A stretch of 57,657 bases of DNA, filler included, from Circinaria calcarea (taxonomy: Eukaryota), in the NCBI GenBank assembly GCA_051942165.1. It is 7 parts of 7 records of this genome, joined end to end, with 100 filler letters (N's around TTAATTAATTAA, not from the genome) between each part and the next. Parts side by side here need not be neighbours in the genome. Positions count along the whole stretch, not along the records: positions 33,031 to 41,178 come from JAVECS010001164.1; positions 41,279 to 49,420 come from JAVECS010001165.1; 5 more parts are not named here. One strand, written 5' to 3'. A program made the position numbers and the translations under genes. Below, one piece after another: positions 35,872-49,520 of this stretch. The stretch's first letter is position 1; each line of letters begins with the position of its first letter. The notes under the pieces were generated by a model. It did no database searches and was not told where the DNA came from. It worked only from the letters and a program-made list of their open reading frames with translations.

Positions 35872-36848
35872 TCATTCACTATTTTCCTCTTTCCTCTTTT
35901 CCACCTCTCTCTCCACCTCCTCAATGCTCAACGGACACCTCCTCTTCGCCCATATCCTACTCTCCTCCCGTACCCAGCCTTCCACACTCCCCATCCCCAC
36001 CACCAAGAACCCCAACTCTTCCCTCTCAACATCAAAAACCATCCACCATTCCCCGCCGCCCAACTTCACCCTCACCTCCCGCGCAGCTAGATAAATCGCC
36101 GCGACCGCGAGGGCGGTAGGCTGATGGGTAAGATATAGCAATTGTGGAGAAAAAAGCGCGCTGTTGAGGTGCGCGAGCGTACGTTTGGCGAGCGCGCGTG
36201 ACGTTGTAGTGGAAGGATTGGGGAGAGCTGACAAGGTTTGTAGGTAGGTCAGGGCGAGTGCATGAGGAAGAGAGACGTGGGTTGTGAAGGAGATGGTACG
36301 GAGGAGGAGGGACTCCGTGTGTTGAAGGGTGGTGCGAGCAGCTGTATAGTCCCCTTCGGAGAGGTAGTAGGATTCCGGATCTAGCTTGACAGGAGGATTG
36401 TTCGAAGAATGGGGCTCTCTGAGGGGCGAGGAAGGAGAGAGTAGGTAGGCGTAGACGGTCAGGATGGAGCGAGGCGATTGTGGAAGGAAGGAGATCTTTG
36501 CGGTCATGTATAGCGAGGCGGCCGAGATATCCTAAGTGAGGTGAAATAAGCGCGGAACCTTCCAATGCTTGGGACAACCAGAAGTTACGATACCTTGGCA
36601 GCATGCAGCCGAAAGCTACCACCTTCAGGTCCCACGTAAAACCTTGTAAACGTTACAATTGCTTGTGCAATGATTTCTTGTGGTAGTCGCAGCAGAATGC
36701 CAGCGGCTTGCGTGAGCTTTGCTCCCGCATAGCGAATCGAGCTCTCCAAATCGGCAGAAATCCCGTCGAGCTGCGAGCTCGAGTTGCTTAATTGCTCAAT
36801 TGTAGCTAAAGGGTTTGAGAGAGTGGATAGTTGCACTTCAGGAGTCAT
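35872..36848 (-). CDS. Cyclin-L-like cyclin-fold protein
   Basis: LSNPLATIEQL..SSSQLDG, LTQAAGILLRLPQEIIAQAIVTFTRF, ESLLLRTISF..HV and LAVAAIYLAAR; one intron at about 36592-36533. Confidence 0.85.
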
Positions 36849-37287
36849 TGCCGGGAGCGAAATTGGTGACTGGTTGCAGGTACCATAAGGTATGTAATAC
36901 GGACATGTCTTGAAGCGAGAGCAATTAAGGGCTATATGGAAGTATGTGCCCTTGAATACAATTGTTTGATAATAGCGGTACGAGCAACGGTTGATCTCAA
37001 TGATAGCATGGCTGAATTGTCTGTCAATATTAAAGTTATACACAAAGAGTCCACAGTTGCTTTACTATTATCATTAATCCATAATGGAAAGCCAATTTGT
37101 AACTGATGGATAATTCTTGTGGACTTTAGCACTTAGTATATAAGGAAGTAAAGATTTAGCCATCGTAGCCAGCAAGCACAACTCCACCTCCCATCTCGTC
37201 GCACGCAGACTCCAAATGTTATGGTAGATCTTGAATGAACCTCTCCACCGCTCGTCCTTCACACGGCCCCTCCTAGTGAGAACCCTA

Positions 37288-37575
37288 TCACCAGACCTCG
37301 AATTGGGTTCTTATATCATCTACCGTCAAAACGAACTTGTGCCGTTTCAGAAGCCTCTCGCCATGTGTGTGTGAAAGCTCTTTTTGTATGGTTTCATAGT
37401 CGTAGTCATATTTCATATCCTCGTTTAGATTTTTCAGACTTCTATCAAAGACTACCTTCATCTGTGGTATAATACATGAAGGGACGCGCCGTAACCCTTT
37501 GGAGTCTGAACTTGAGGAATGGGATCGACAGCAGGGGGTGGAGGAACAACCAGACTTGGAGAAGCACGACCCCAT
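37288..37575 (-). CDS. Small hypothetical protein with an N-myristoylation/palmitoylation-type N-terminus
   Basis: 95-aa ORF starting MGSCFSKSGCSSTPCC, with good ACCATGG start context. Confidence 0.45.
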   Translation of the reverse strand: MGSCFSKSGCSSTPCCRSHSSSSDSKGLRRVPSCIIPQMKVVFDRSLKNLNEDMKYDYDYETIQKELSHTHGERLLKRHKFVLTVDDIRTQFEVW

Positions 37576-39605
37576 GGTATGGGTGGTGAGATGCGGATTA
37601 AGGGTCCACTCGAGTTCAATAGATCGCTGGCACCCACTGATTCAACCAGGGAGATATTAACCGTCGTGGGTAAGCAAGTTGTTGTGATGGACCGGCCGTG
37701 ATAATAGTGGACTAGGCAAGTTTTCGGTGAGTAGAAAGTACTAAATGACCCAGTGTTAGTAATAACAGAGTTGCACTGACCAGGTTCTGCCTCTGTGAGA
37801 TAACCAATCTAGGGTACGGGCCAGCCGCGACTTTGAAGGTGTACAGAGTACGATGGTGATACCGGCAGCAGGAGGTTGGATTGACTGGAGGAAGGTAGAG
37901 GACATCATGGCAGGTAATAGGATCACTTCTCGCGTGCACAGAGGTGAAGGATAGTCAAAGGAGTCAGCCCTTGAAGCTTTATTCACTGGAGGTATAATTA
38001 AAAATGTTGCATGTCGAGGATCACACGGCTATGAAGAAACCGAGTGCGAATGAGCGGATGAAATTTGCTAGGGTTCCTGTGAGGATTCAATGCCAAAGGA
38101 ACGGATAGAGAATAGAAGGACTCGGCCCCAAATCAGGGTATGGCATTATAGGAGATATGGATAAACTGTAGAGAAGCCACTGGGACACAAAGGCTACTCT
38201 TTACACTAAGTTCATGACCGAGAACAGCAGAAAGCCAGAAAGCAGGCACCAGGCCTCCCATATCGACCTTAGACCTTACCCGGAACCTGTCCCCGAAATT
38301 TGATCCGATCACGATCTGTTCTCGGCTATTGCGGATAAAATATTCGATGGCGGCCTCTTGGCTTTCAGACGGTGCATAGGTAGAAGTTTGGTTGAATCGT
38401 TGCGCGATATTGAACTTCTAGCAGAAAGGCACATCGGCACGTCTCGCCTTGAAGAGTGAATCGGCTTGACCAGGTCTACTGCACCGGAAGATGTAAGCTA
38501 TCTATCCGACCACTGCACATCCCTCCTGACCTCATCCGCGTCGGGATGCTTTGACTGCAAAGGGTGAAGGTTCAAGTCGGCGAGGCAGGGAAAAAAGCCT
38601 AATGCTTATTTGTTGCGTTTGGACACGTAGGTCCTCCCTTGAGGTCCTCTGTTGAGGTCCCTTCCTTTGGTCCTCCACATTAGCAGGTGGATCCCATTCC
38701 CAGAACGATGCTCGTCCTATCTGGAAGCAATGACTCATTCTTCGGAGAGAATCAAGTCGGCCGCCCGAACAGAGCAGTAGCCGTACGACACGGTATCACT
38801 GTTCTAATCTGCCGTTCAGACGGCAGACAGCAATGCATCCGGCCATACTCCGTACTGTAACACAGCTGCGGTCCCACGTGGGTCAAGGTTCATGGTTCAT
38901 GCAACAATATGGTTGTTCGGCGCGGGGATCCTCGTTGCACCAAATGTATGGAGTAGTAACGACTGCATCATCGGGACGGTGACCTTTGGGTGAAGCAGTT
39001 GTCGTCAGGGGGGGGAATATGGGGCAGAAGCGGAAATCTTACCCGGATCGAGAGCGACCGGGGTGCGGGCACGCTAAGCCGAGAACAGTCAACGGGAGCT
39101 GGTTACTTACCTCTCTCGGCTTCGAGTTGGGGAGCCAATTGCTCGACTGCAATTCGTTCGCCCCGGCAGCTTCTGGAGAATGTCGCCTCAACCTCTCGGG
39201 CCCACTTGGACGACGACGACGACGGAGGATCTCGTTCGATTAGCCGCCGAATCGTCGGTTGTTGATGGTCTTCAAGTGCGGAGTCGTAGTGGTCGCAGGA
39301 TCCGCTCGAAGGCGTTAGGGCTAAGGAAGTCAGGTCCCCCGACTGTTAGATATGCCTCTCATCCCTTCCAGCTCTCCGACGTTACGCAGAGACCTCAACG
39401 CTGCCACCCTTCCAGCCCGCCATTCTCGTCTTTCTTCTCCATCTTTCCTAGCACCGCCATCTAGCAGATTGAGCGTCAGTCTGACGGAGCTCGGTTGAAT
39501 TCACTGCTGGTGGCGAATTGCTGTTTTGGGGGGAATCATTCCTTATCTTCTGATAGAACATCTTTTAACCATTTACAGCTGCATATTGCTTTGCTCCGCT
39601 CCAAC

Positions 39606-41178
39606 ATGGCATCCGTTAAAGAATGCTTCCTGTACGCAGTCATCTGCACTCTTCTCTCTCTCGTGTTCCTCCTACTCCTTACCCGACAGCAACGCGAGAC
39701 GCTCTTTGGTTATTTGTCCGTGTCAGCCCGGGGTCGCCGTATTTCGACATCCAAGACACCACCGCGGTCGGTGTCACCGGAAAGCAAAGTTCCCAACAAT
39801 GGCTCTCCTCAGGTCGACTTTAGGGATACCTTTCCTCCATCTCACCGGGAAGCCCTAGCTAGAGCAGCCGAATCTCTATCTGCAGAGCAAAGGAAGAAAC
39901 TAATCGGACGAGCAGTCGACGCAGGAGAGTTCAAGAAAGGCATCATACCACTCGCTGCAGACTACCGAGATTGCGGAGCATCAACCTACACTCCAACCAA
40001 GATATCGATCGAAGAAGTCAAAGCACTTGGCGACTTTCCGGATTATGCCGCGCTTAGTGGTGTACCTCTGCCAAAAGCCTACAAGGAGTTTCGAATCGAA
40101 ACAGCCCTTCCGAGGCCATATCGGCCCTTCCGATGGGCTTATCATCAAACCATGTGTATGCTTGCCCTCCAGTCAGATCATGTGACTATCAGAATACTGA
40201 CAAAATGTGCGCAGCTCTCACCAAACTGGAGCCAGACTGGTGGCTCGAACTCGAAAAGACCTATGTTTCTCGTGTCGCAGAACGCAGAGGACTGTTTGAA
40301 AAGCATGGGAAAATGGTCCTCGACTATCTTCCAGGTAGCGAACTCGCCTGCAAAGAACTCATGGAAATGGCCTTGCAATTCATCTGCGCCCGCTACCCTC
40401 ACTACTTTACCCTGAGTCACAGTTCAGAGCAAGGTCACGTCCTACACAATCGCATTCTCAAAACCCACACCGTCATCAAGAGCATGCACCCTCTCCATGT
40501 TCTTCTCCACAACGTTCCTGAAGATTTCGCAGTCATGCTTCGCAACCCGGACGACGGTTTCTACTACCTTCGCGCTGGCGTTCTCTGTTCCGCTCTCGGT
40601 TGGAACGTCTCCACGAAACTTGGTCTCCAGCTCAAAGAGATTCATGCTCCCATTCCAGACTACAAGGAGAAGATGGAATTCTCCATGGATCGGTATCTAT
40701 TCCCACACTCTCCTTGTGCGTCTGCCCTACTTATTAACCAACCCGTTTTCCTTGATCTTCGGTCAAAACGCTATTTCTCTAGACTGTCCACCAATCTCCA
40801 TGATGATAACCCCTTTCCGACACCTTCCTTCCCCTACTGCCACTCTTTCCCTACTCCTGCTCCTTCTTTACTCCTACACGTCTTTCTACTTCCACTAATT
40901 ATCAAAACAACCCCTACTAACCTCTCTAGTTACTTTTCCCGCCTCGACACCTCTCGCCCCATTCAACGCGGTTCCTGGGGTTTAGAAACCGACACCCCTC
41001 TCTTCATGCCCCCTGGCCACCCTCACGAAGCCCTCCGCTCCTCCCAATCCCCCTCGCTAACCCTCTCCCGCATCCACCTCCGCGTCGACTGGCAAACCCT
41101 CCGCCGCCTTCCGCTCTCTGGCGCCATCATCTTCAACTTCAAAGCCCTCTTCACGCCCGTGACGGAATTCCGCGACGA
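39606..41178 (+). CDS. DUF3445 / HRQ-family protein (heme-dependent oxidative N-demethylase alpha-like); 3' truncated
   Basis: PRPYRPFRW, KLEPDWWLELE, ARYPHYF, VPEDFA, EIHAPIPDY, RGSWG and LRVDWQTLRRLP; N-terminal TM segment. Confidence 0.82.
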
Positions 41179-41278
41179 NNNNNNNNNNNNNNNNNNNNNN
41201 NNNNNNNNNNNNNNNNNNNNNNTTAATTAATTAANNNNNNNNNNNNNNNNNNNNNNNNNNNNNNNNNNNNNNNNNNNN
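41179..41278. other. Artificial contig-joining spacer
   Basis: N44-TTAATTAATTAA-N44. Confidence 0.98.
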
Positions 41279-42465
41279 CTTTTCTTTCGCCCCCCTGATT
41301 TCGCCCCCTCCTTTCGCTACCCACTGGTTTTACCGAGTTGGTTTTAACGTTTTTGAGTGGTCCAGGGGGTCCAAGAGAACAGACATAATTCCCCCCCCCC
41401 TTTTTTTTCTTTTTTAAAAAAAATTCCCGTTTTACGGGTTTAAAGCGCAGAAGGCGAAAAAGTGGCAAGTTGGAAATTGAGGGGATTGGGAGTGTGAGTG
41501 GGATACATGTGATGCATACATTACGGTGCATGGAATGGGCGTGGCATGGGTAAGTTTCTCGGCTGGGGAAGAGAAAGGGGGGGGCGGGAGGAGGTTTCAA
41601 GAACCATTTTCTCGCTTTGGGAAAAAATGGGTGAATCTAGGATATGTCTAGACATTACAAAGATCTTTTATTTTTGGAGTGAGGGACCAATATTTTTCAT
41701 TCAAAGAGAAGAGCGAGAGGGTGGGGAGAAGGGGGGTATCTAATTGATATTCAGACCAAGTAACACAAGTTACATCTAGACCCGTCTGTGCAAGTCAGGC
41801 ATGCTGAGACAAACAAAGAACATAACCCATCGGATAAAGGGAAGATTGAAGGTATCCTGCTTATCCCGCCCGCCATAACCCCACTCCGAGACGACGAAAC
41901 ACTGTGGAAGATCCTCAGTAGAGGTTCTGTATCCCACATGTCTGATTTCAGGTACGGTAAGGAGACAACCAAAGAGGTTCTGTTTCCCCGGCTTCTGGCT
42001 TCAGGTACGGTACGGTATGTATGTGCAAGCAAGACTGTACAATCCAAGTCCTGGGTACGGTTGTGGCCAGGGACATCCAAGTAAGCGTATGTACCCAACA
42101 AAGGAGACCTCCACCACAGCAGAGTCAAGAATCAGAGACTAATCTATGTTTAGGCCCGTGATCAAAGTCCGGACGCCAAGTAAGCCGCCCCCTTTGCCGT
42201 TTCTGAACAGTCATGGTAATCCGGTATTTTTAAGAAGCAGAGTGATAGCGTTATCCAGAAGAACTCCAGAGAAGAGGGTGTCCGATAACAAACCAAGGTA
42301 ATCGAGTAATTTAGCTGCGTAATCAACTGAGAAAGGGAGGTGTTGAAAGAAGATGTACGACAGTACTAACAACCTTGGGAATGTGAGTAAATAGGGTGAG
42401 CAGAATAGCTTGCTGCAGAGAAACTCAGGCCATTGGGAAGAAGTACCGGAGTTCATACCAGCACC

Positions 42466-45400
42466 TCATACAGTCAGTTTTCCTGTTACGGCCCTCTCCC
42501 TGACCTGCCCAAGTGTTTCCATGAAACCCTTGTGCCTCTCCCAACTTACATTCCAATGCTCTCGGACCCTAAAGTCTTCTTCCACACCTCGCATGTATTT
42601 AGCATACCCCTCCTCTCCAATAGCACCTATCCAGTCATTCCCCAACTTATTCTCTGCCTCCTCCTGCCTCGTGGTAAAGTGCGCCAACATCTTCTTATTG
42701 AAGACATTCCATTCAACCATGTAAGCGCGCATGTAAGCAATGTAGTATTCGAATGATGACTGAGTAAGTTTCCCAGGAACAAGTGGAGCTTTCGGAGGAT
42801 TGGGAAGAACGAGCTGCTGAGGAGTAAGGGGTCTAGCCGGGCGGTTTGAACGGCGGGATTCGAATGGAAGCGTGGTGTTCAGGTCATCCAGATCTTTAAG
42901 ACCAGATTTGTTGGGCGCGATAGGAGCAACATTTTTGAGATTACCGAGATTGAGCTCTGCATCTACCTTGGAATGTTTCTCGGAACCTGGCTGTTTTGAC
43001 GAACTTGTAGGCTGAGGCACATATACGGTATCGATATTGACCGCTGAATACTGTCTTTGTTCTTCTTGCGATTTTTGATCCGATGGGGGTGTAAAAGTTG
43101 GATCAATGTCCATCGCGCTGCCACTGCTACTGCTCTGGCTAAGCTCGCTCTCAATGACGCTATCAGCTCCATTTGAGGGGGCATCGTCACCGGCATCATC
43201 AACCTCATTGGATATAGAAGCTGGCTTCGGCCCAGCTGTTCGCTTTTGGGTGGTCGAACCGGTCCTTGGGGTCTTCGGACGTCTCGGGTCTCTAGTCCGT
43301 GGCGAAGGTGCAGATTGCTGAGGGGGCGGAAACGCCCAATTCGGCTCTTTGAAATGCTGCTGCCACTCTTCTGCTGCAAACTTGGCTTGACCTGGTGATG
43401 GGGATCTGATAGGTATAGTAGGCGGGGGAGGCATCTTTGCAGTTTCGCCCTGGCCCTCTTGGGTAGTTGATGAAGTCGACATAGGATGTCCTCTGGGTGG
43501 TCCCTGCATAGGTGTTCGCCCTTTAGGCGGTGAAGCCCTCCCACCAAACCTATAGCCGCTTGTCGAACCCACATGTTCGTCAGTAGTACTCGTAAAAGTT
43601 CCAGGCCAACCCGAAGGTGAAAAGTTGGTGTTGATATTCTCCACACTGGGGCTTTTAAGCGGTGAAGCAGACGAAGCGTCATTGTTGATTTTATAATTGA
43701 AGCTATTGAAAGTATTGAAGTTAGCTTTACGCATCATGTTCAGCAGATGATGTTGGTTCCAAGAAGATTGGGGTTGTGTAGTATTTTGCGCCTCAACATG
43801 CTTGCTTGGCTTTATACTGGACGGTATAGCCCAGTATGGCCATGAGGAAGTCCTTGGCCGTTTAGGGTTTTGGGGGGAATCAATTTTGACCCAATCAAAA
43901 GAAAGAGGAACGTAAGGAAAAGAGGTATGCTCTGGTGATTCATACATTGGGCGGGTTTCCTTGGTGTCGCCAGAAGTGGGAGGATCAAAATCTCTTTGAT
44001 TGTTCCCGCCTTCCTTTGACCCAAACTTCTCTTGCCAACTCTTCGACTTTTCCAATGGACGCCCCGGTCCTTCACCGTTCTGAGGTGACGAAGTTTGCAG
44101 TGGCGATGCAGGATGATGGGCACGTTCAGCACCTCTTTTCATTCTATGCTGTAAAAAGCCTTCTGGGGTATCGGAGCTTGGACTTCGATTGCGAGAACTT
44201 GGTTGACTGGTGGCGTATGGCTTTGGAAGCCCATTAGTCCCGCTCTTTTCACGGAAGTCACGCGCCGAGCTGTACTTGGATTGCGAGTACTTCTCTTCAA
44301 GGTCGACATCCTCAGGTCTCACGTGTTGATAGCTTGGCCGCCGGTGGGCTTGGGTAGGGAGAGCCGCGGGCCGAAGATGGTCTGCACTAGCCCTTCGAGC
44401 ATAACGTTTTCTATTACCACCTTCGTCCGATGAAGATGATTCGCCACCTGATGAAGAAGATGGCGAGTACGACCGTTGAGGATGAGGACTCCTCATCTGT
44501 GGGCTCGCGCTTCGATGCCTACTGTTGGTACCTGGTGAAAGGGGACTCGCCACATTTGGTGGGAACCCACCAGAAGACTTGGCAGAAGTCTCGGGAGAAC
44601 GAGTGCTTGCAGCTCTGCCGATACTGCTGCTGGAAAAGTATGTTTTCTCTCCGCCTGATGTTGCGTACGGCGTACTGATACGATCGCTGTTCCCGAAAGG
44701 GTCTCCATATTCGGACGGCGGGCGGAATGACCTCGGAAAGTTAGGTGTCGGTGGTGCTGGCTTTTGAGAAGTCGGGGTTGATCTCGGAGGTGGAGGCGGG
44801 AACTGCGTCTCAGCCCTTGGAACTTGAGGTCGTGCTGCTCCTCGAGAAACGTTGTAGTACGCCGAGGTGTTTCTCGCAGCAGGCTCATCTCCTCCTGGCG
44901 TGGAAGGTGTAAAGCCATTTTTTCTGGGAACATGGGTAGTATTAGATCGTGACAGGCCGGGGGAAGCAGCATTTGGACCCTGAGGCTGCTCCCACCCCGG
45001 TCGCATTCGGGGATTGAAAGCTTTCGGGGTCTCGTTTGTGCTTTCATGACTAGGCTGGAATGAGGATGGCTTTGCAGGTTGGGCATCTCTCGGGGGTGGT
45101 GGCACCTTTCGCCCTTGTGTCTGCGGACCCGGGGCATGTGTCATCTTTTCCCAGGTATTGTAGTAGGCATTCTTTCTCGTTTGGGTATCATCATTGGTGG
45201 TAGACCATGAGGTTCGATCGCCTCCCATGTACTGAGAATATCTGGCTGCACCCGGAGATCTGGGAAAGCTGGATTTGGTGGGGTTTGGAGCGGGCGTTCT
45301 GCGTGGTGGTGGAGGGAAATTAGAGGTGCCGGGAGTTCGCGGTGGCACATCTGGCCGGACTGGGGAGTAGTATAGGTTGCTGTACGGAGACAAGCCTGCT

Positions 45401-45689
45401 TTGATCCGTTCTGCATCATACTTGGCTCGTTGTTGCGGATCGGCGAGGATTTCGTGGGCGCATTGGATGGCCTGGAACTTCGAGTTGAACTCGGCCTCTT
45501 TTCCAGGATTGCGATCTGGATGGTACTTGAGGGCTGAACGGGCGCATCATTAGCAGGGACGCCTATCGCCTGTGGTGGAAAAGGATGTATACCCAGTTTT
45601 TTAAACTGCTTTTTGACTTCATGAGGATCTGCTCCTTGCTGAAGCTCTAGGTCTGCATAATAGTCTCGTGTAGCGTCTGCTTTCACCAT
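42466..45689 (-). CDS. J-domain (DnaJ) protein with a long disordered region
   Basis: MVKADATRDYYADL..EVKKQFKKL/ALKYHPDRNPG..FQAIQCAHEIL (HPD motif), joined by an intron to the 975-aa ORF; a second in-frame intron is likely near 43950-43700. Confidence 0.88.
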
Positions 45690-46532
45690 TTTGACCTCAA
45701 CGACTGGAGGACCAGGTTGGATCGACTAAGAAATCTTCCTATGTTGTAACAACGCCGTGTGGCTCAGGTAAGCAAGTGCCGGAATGAAACTGGACCGCTT
45801 GAGTCCGACGAAAATCAAGCAGCAAGACAGAGAAAGCTGCGCGAACCGTCTGGTGATGGATAGCGTGCTGTATCCCGCTAGAGCAATCAATTCTATTCAC
45901 TAGGAACTATCGACACTCATCTCGTGGCCACTAACGACATTCTCGTAGGATATCGATGTCTCGGTTTCGGTGAGTAGGTGAAAGTCGGAGCCCCATCCGC
46001 ATTGGCGGAACTTTTCAAGGAAGACTATCTCCGAGGACTGCCAGCGTGTGTCGTGGTACCTGCGTCTAAAGGAAATGAATCGATCTGGCGGGGTTGGTGG
46101 TGTGGCCGTCTCGTGTGCTGGGGTCTCGGTAGCTTTGTTGATACGAGAGGGTGAAGGAAAAGTGAACGCCAACGGGGGGGGGATGAAAGCACCCGAGACG
46201 CAATGACGAAAGGGAAGTTGAGGAGTGGCGGTGATTTGTAGGCGACAGCGGGCATTCGAGGCAGCGAGTCAGTGAAGGCAAAGAGGCTCCATGCTCATGC
46301 TTGCGTGAGGTGTCACTCGATTCTACCACACCGGCAGACGCGCCTTGTTAGTGTCATCCGACGGGGCCGGAGGGGGGTTTTCCCGAGGAACACGTGCCCC
46401 TCGCCCGAGTACAAGTACATCTCGTGCTCGGAGATAAGCTCCGAGGCATTCGTAACTTGTGGCTCTCTCTACCGAGAGTGTATCAACTCATGTGTCGCTT
46501 GAACGTTTGCCTAATCTTGGGCGGTGGTCTAT

Positions 46533-47970
46533 CTATGCTACAACATTATTGGCCGCAGTTTCTTTGGCGCTCTCTTCTTTCCCCCCATCGACTTCTCTCT
46601 TTCCTTGGAATAACTCGTCGAGCACATGGCCAATTTCCGCGAGGAACCTATCTATTTCCTTTTCCGTCCCCACCGTAATCCTCAGGCATCCTTCACATCC
46701 CGCTTCCTTGCCCCGAAACCGGACCACAACTCCCTTCGTCTCCGCCAGACCTTCGTACACTGCCAAGGCCGTTTCGTTGCTGGGCCTGCCTCCTTGACCG
46801 CACGGCTTGTCCAGGATTTCTACCAGCAAAAAGTTCGAGTCGGTCCCGCCACGAAATCGGCCAATTCCAGCAATGTTCGGCAGTTCCTTTAGTAATCTCT
46901 TTCTTTGCTCGAGGATCTTGGCTCTGTTACTTTCCATGACCGCTAGACTATCGGGTTGCAGTGCCGTACAGGCCAAAGTGCTCGTAGGGCTGGATATATT
47001 GTAGGGTGCTTTGAGATTGTTGAGTAGATTGGCGATTTCGGGAGATGTGAAGGCAGCTCCCAGTCGAATGCCTGCGAGCCCAAAAGCCTTGCTCAAGGTT
47101 TGCATGACGACCAAGTTCGGCCACTCCGTCACCCATTCCGCTAAACTGGCGCCTTCAGCGGCAAAGTCGATATATGCTTCATCCAAGACAACCACTCCAT
47201 TCCAGGTAGGATGTTCCAGTATTTTCTGAACGTCAGCTTTGGCGATCAAGTTGGCTGTTGGATTCCCTGGAGAGCAAATGTAGACAAGCTTGATGGATGG
47301 GTCGGAGGAGAGCGCTTGATTGATTTCCTCCGGCTGTAAGGCGAATGCCCTAGTAGTGTCCAATGGAATCTTGACAATCTCAACTTCATTGACCTGTGCG
47401 CTCACAGCATACATTCCATACGTAGGTGGGCAGGTAACAATTTTGTCTCGACCCGGAACACAGAAACATCGAAGAAGCGCATCGATGGCTTCATCAGAGC
47501 CGACGCCAACGAAAAGATTCTCTGGCCTTAGTGACTTGGAGGTATGCGTATGGGTATTCCTTAGATTACACAACAGTTGCTTGAGCTCTATTTGATGCCT
47601 ATCCCGAACTTATCAGGACCATCACCTTGGTAGGAACTTGGAAACATACGGGTCTGGATATCTATTGAGGCCTGACAGGTCCAAATTTGGCTTATCGGGA
47701 TTACCGTGACCATTAGCGATGCCATTGGCTTTTGTAATGCTCAAAGTTCCATCTTCATTCAAGGCGAGACCAGGTCCGTATGCATTTTCATTAGCATCCA
47801 GAAGGATGTTTGTGCCGTCATCTTTATAGTCACTGCACTATCAGTTAATGCGCTTGGTCTCTGAAGAGTTTCGTTACGACCCACTCTCGCGCGCATCGAT
47901 ATGGTTGCAAAGCTAAGATGTTGGACCGCGCACAGGTCAATAGATTGAATGGGGATTTCCCTTTGACCAT
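46533..47970 (-). CDS. HIS5: Histidinol-phosphate aminotransferase
   Basis: LQPYRCAR, LLDANEN, NRYPDP, GVGSDEAID, CSPGNPT, DEAYIDF and TLSKAFGLAGIRLG (PLP lysine). Confidence 0.95.
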
Positions 47971-48208
47971 TGCGCAAAATTGCGTAAATTGCCTTATGAT
48001 ATATTCAAGTTTGGGGAAGAAGGGAGAATAAGTACTGGAGAGTCAAGAGTCACCGCCGTTGAGCAGGGGGTTCGCTTATCGATTAGGTACGGAGTAACGA
48101 TTAGGGCAAGCCTAGGTCCCGGCCCCGGTTAAAAGTCTCGCGATTGATATTTCGAGTGGTCCTCAAGTACAAAAGGTTTTCTTATCCTACCTTGTATTGA
48201 AATCCATC

Positions 48209-49420
48209 ATGCCACGGATTGTAGAGCTCTCTGAAGACCACCATGCCAACACCGCAAATGCCTCTTCCATCCCAACCCCCGCCCTTCCCCCGCAAATGGC
48301 ATCCGCACAATCCACCACAGTCGAAGAGGTAGCCGCCGACCTTAAGCGTTCTCCATTCTTCATGACCTCGCTCGAAGATGACGAAGCTTCGGATAACGTC
48401 GAGCTGGCGGCTATGCAAGCTCTCCAATACGAAGGTACTCGCGCCGAAATAGCCCAAGGTTTCAGGGAGAACGGGAACGAAATGGCTCGGGCCAAGAAGT
48501 GGACTGATGGAAAGGAGTTTTATACAAAGGCATTAACGGCGCTGAAGGTTCCGAGGAAGGAAGACGAAGCAGACGAGACGGAGAGGGAGAAGGAGATAGA
48601 GGAGGCATGTTATGTCAATAGAGCGTTGTGTAATTTAGAACTAAGTAGGTCCATTTCTATCACACAGACAGAATCGCAAGACCCCCTGAATTAACATTCC
48701 CACCCACCAGAAAACTACCGCTGCTGCACCCTCGACTGCAAAACCGCTCTCGCCCTCTCCCCCACCAACATAAAAGCCCACTACCGCCTCTCCCTCGCCC
48801 TCTCCTCCCTCCAAAAACTCCCTGCCGCCCTCTCAGCCTGCCAGCTCGGCCTCTCCCACTCCCCACAAAACCCGTCCCTCCTCACTCTCCTTCAAAAAAT
48901 CCAAACCACGCAAGCGGCCCAAACTGCCCTCGAACAAAAACGTTTTGAGCGCGAGACTCGCGCAAAAAAGGAAGCGGAAATGCTCGACAAAGCCCTGAAG
49001 TTGCGAATGATACGCACCCGCACCACGACTCAACCCCCCGAAATGGAAGACGCAGCCATCCGCCTCATCCCCGATCCCCTCTCCCCGTCCAGCACCCTGA
49101 CATTTCCCACCATCCTTCTCTACCCCCTACACCTGCAATCCGACTTCATAAAGTCCTTTGGCGAAGAACAGACCCTCCTCGGACACCTGGAATACCTCCT
49201 CCCGCTACCCTGGGATACCAATCGGGAACACACGCTCGAAGGCACGGAAGCGTACATGGAAACCGTCACGGGGGGTCTGATCAAATGCGGTAAGAAAGTC
49301 CCGCTGCTGAAGATTCTGAGCGGTGGGAAAGTAGAAGTGGTAGATGGTATCGTCAGGATCAACATCGTATCGAAGACGAGAGCGGGGGAGTGGATCGAAG
49401 CGGTCAAGAAGCGGAAGGGC
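48209..49420 (+). CDS. CNS1: Hsp70/Hsp90 TPR co-chaperone (Cns1/TTC4); stop codon cut by contig end
   Basis: SPFFMT, ALQYEGT..EIAQGFRENGN, NRALCNLEL and FPTILLYP...SDFIKSF. Confidence 0.88.
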
Positions 49421-49520
49421 NNNNNNNNNNNNNNNNNNNNNNNNNNNNNNNNNNNNNNNNNNNNTTAATTAATTAANNNNNNNNNNNNNNNNNNNNNNNN
49501 NNNNNNNNNNNNNNNNNNNN
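49421..49520. other. Artificial contig-joining spacer
   Basis: N44-TTAATTAATTAA-N44. Confidence 0.98.

Noticed and set aside
37600..39500. Long ORF-poor region as a possible telomerase RNA or other ncRNA (hairpin near 39122; TTAGGG at about 39316)
   Set aside because: No 1.5-repeat template or pseudoknot could be identified, and short hairpins are expected by chance.
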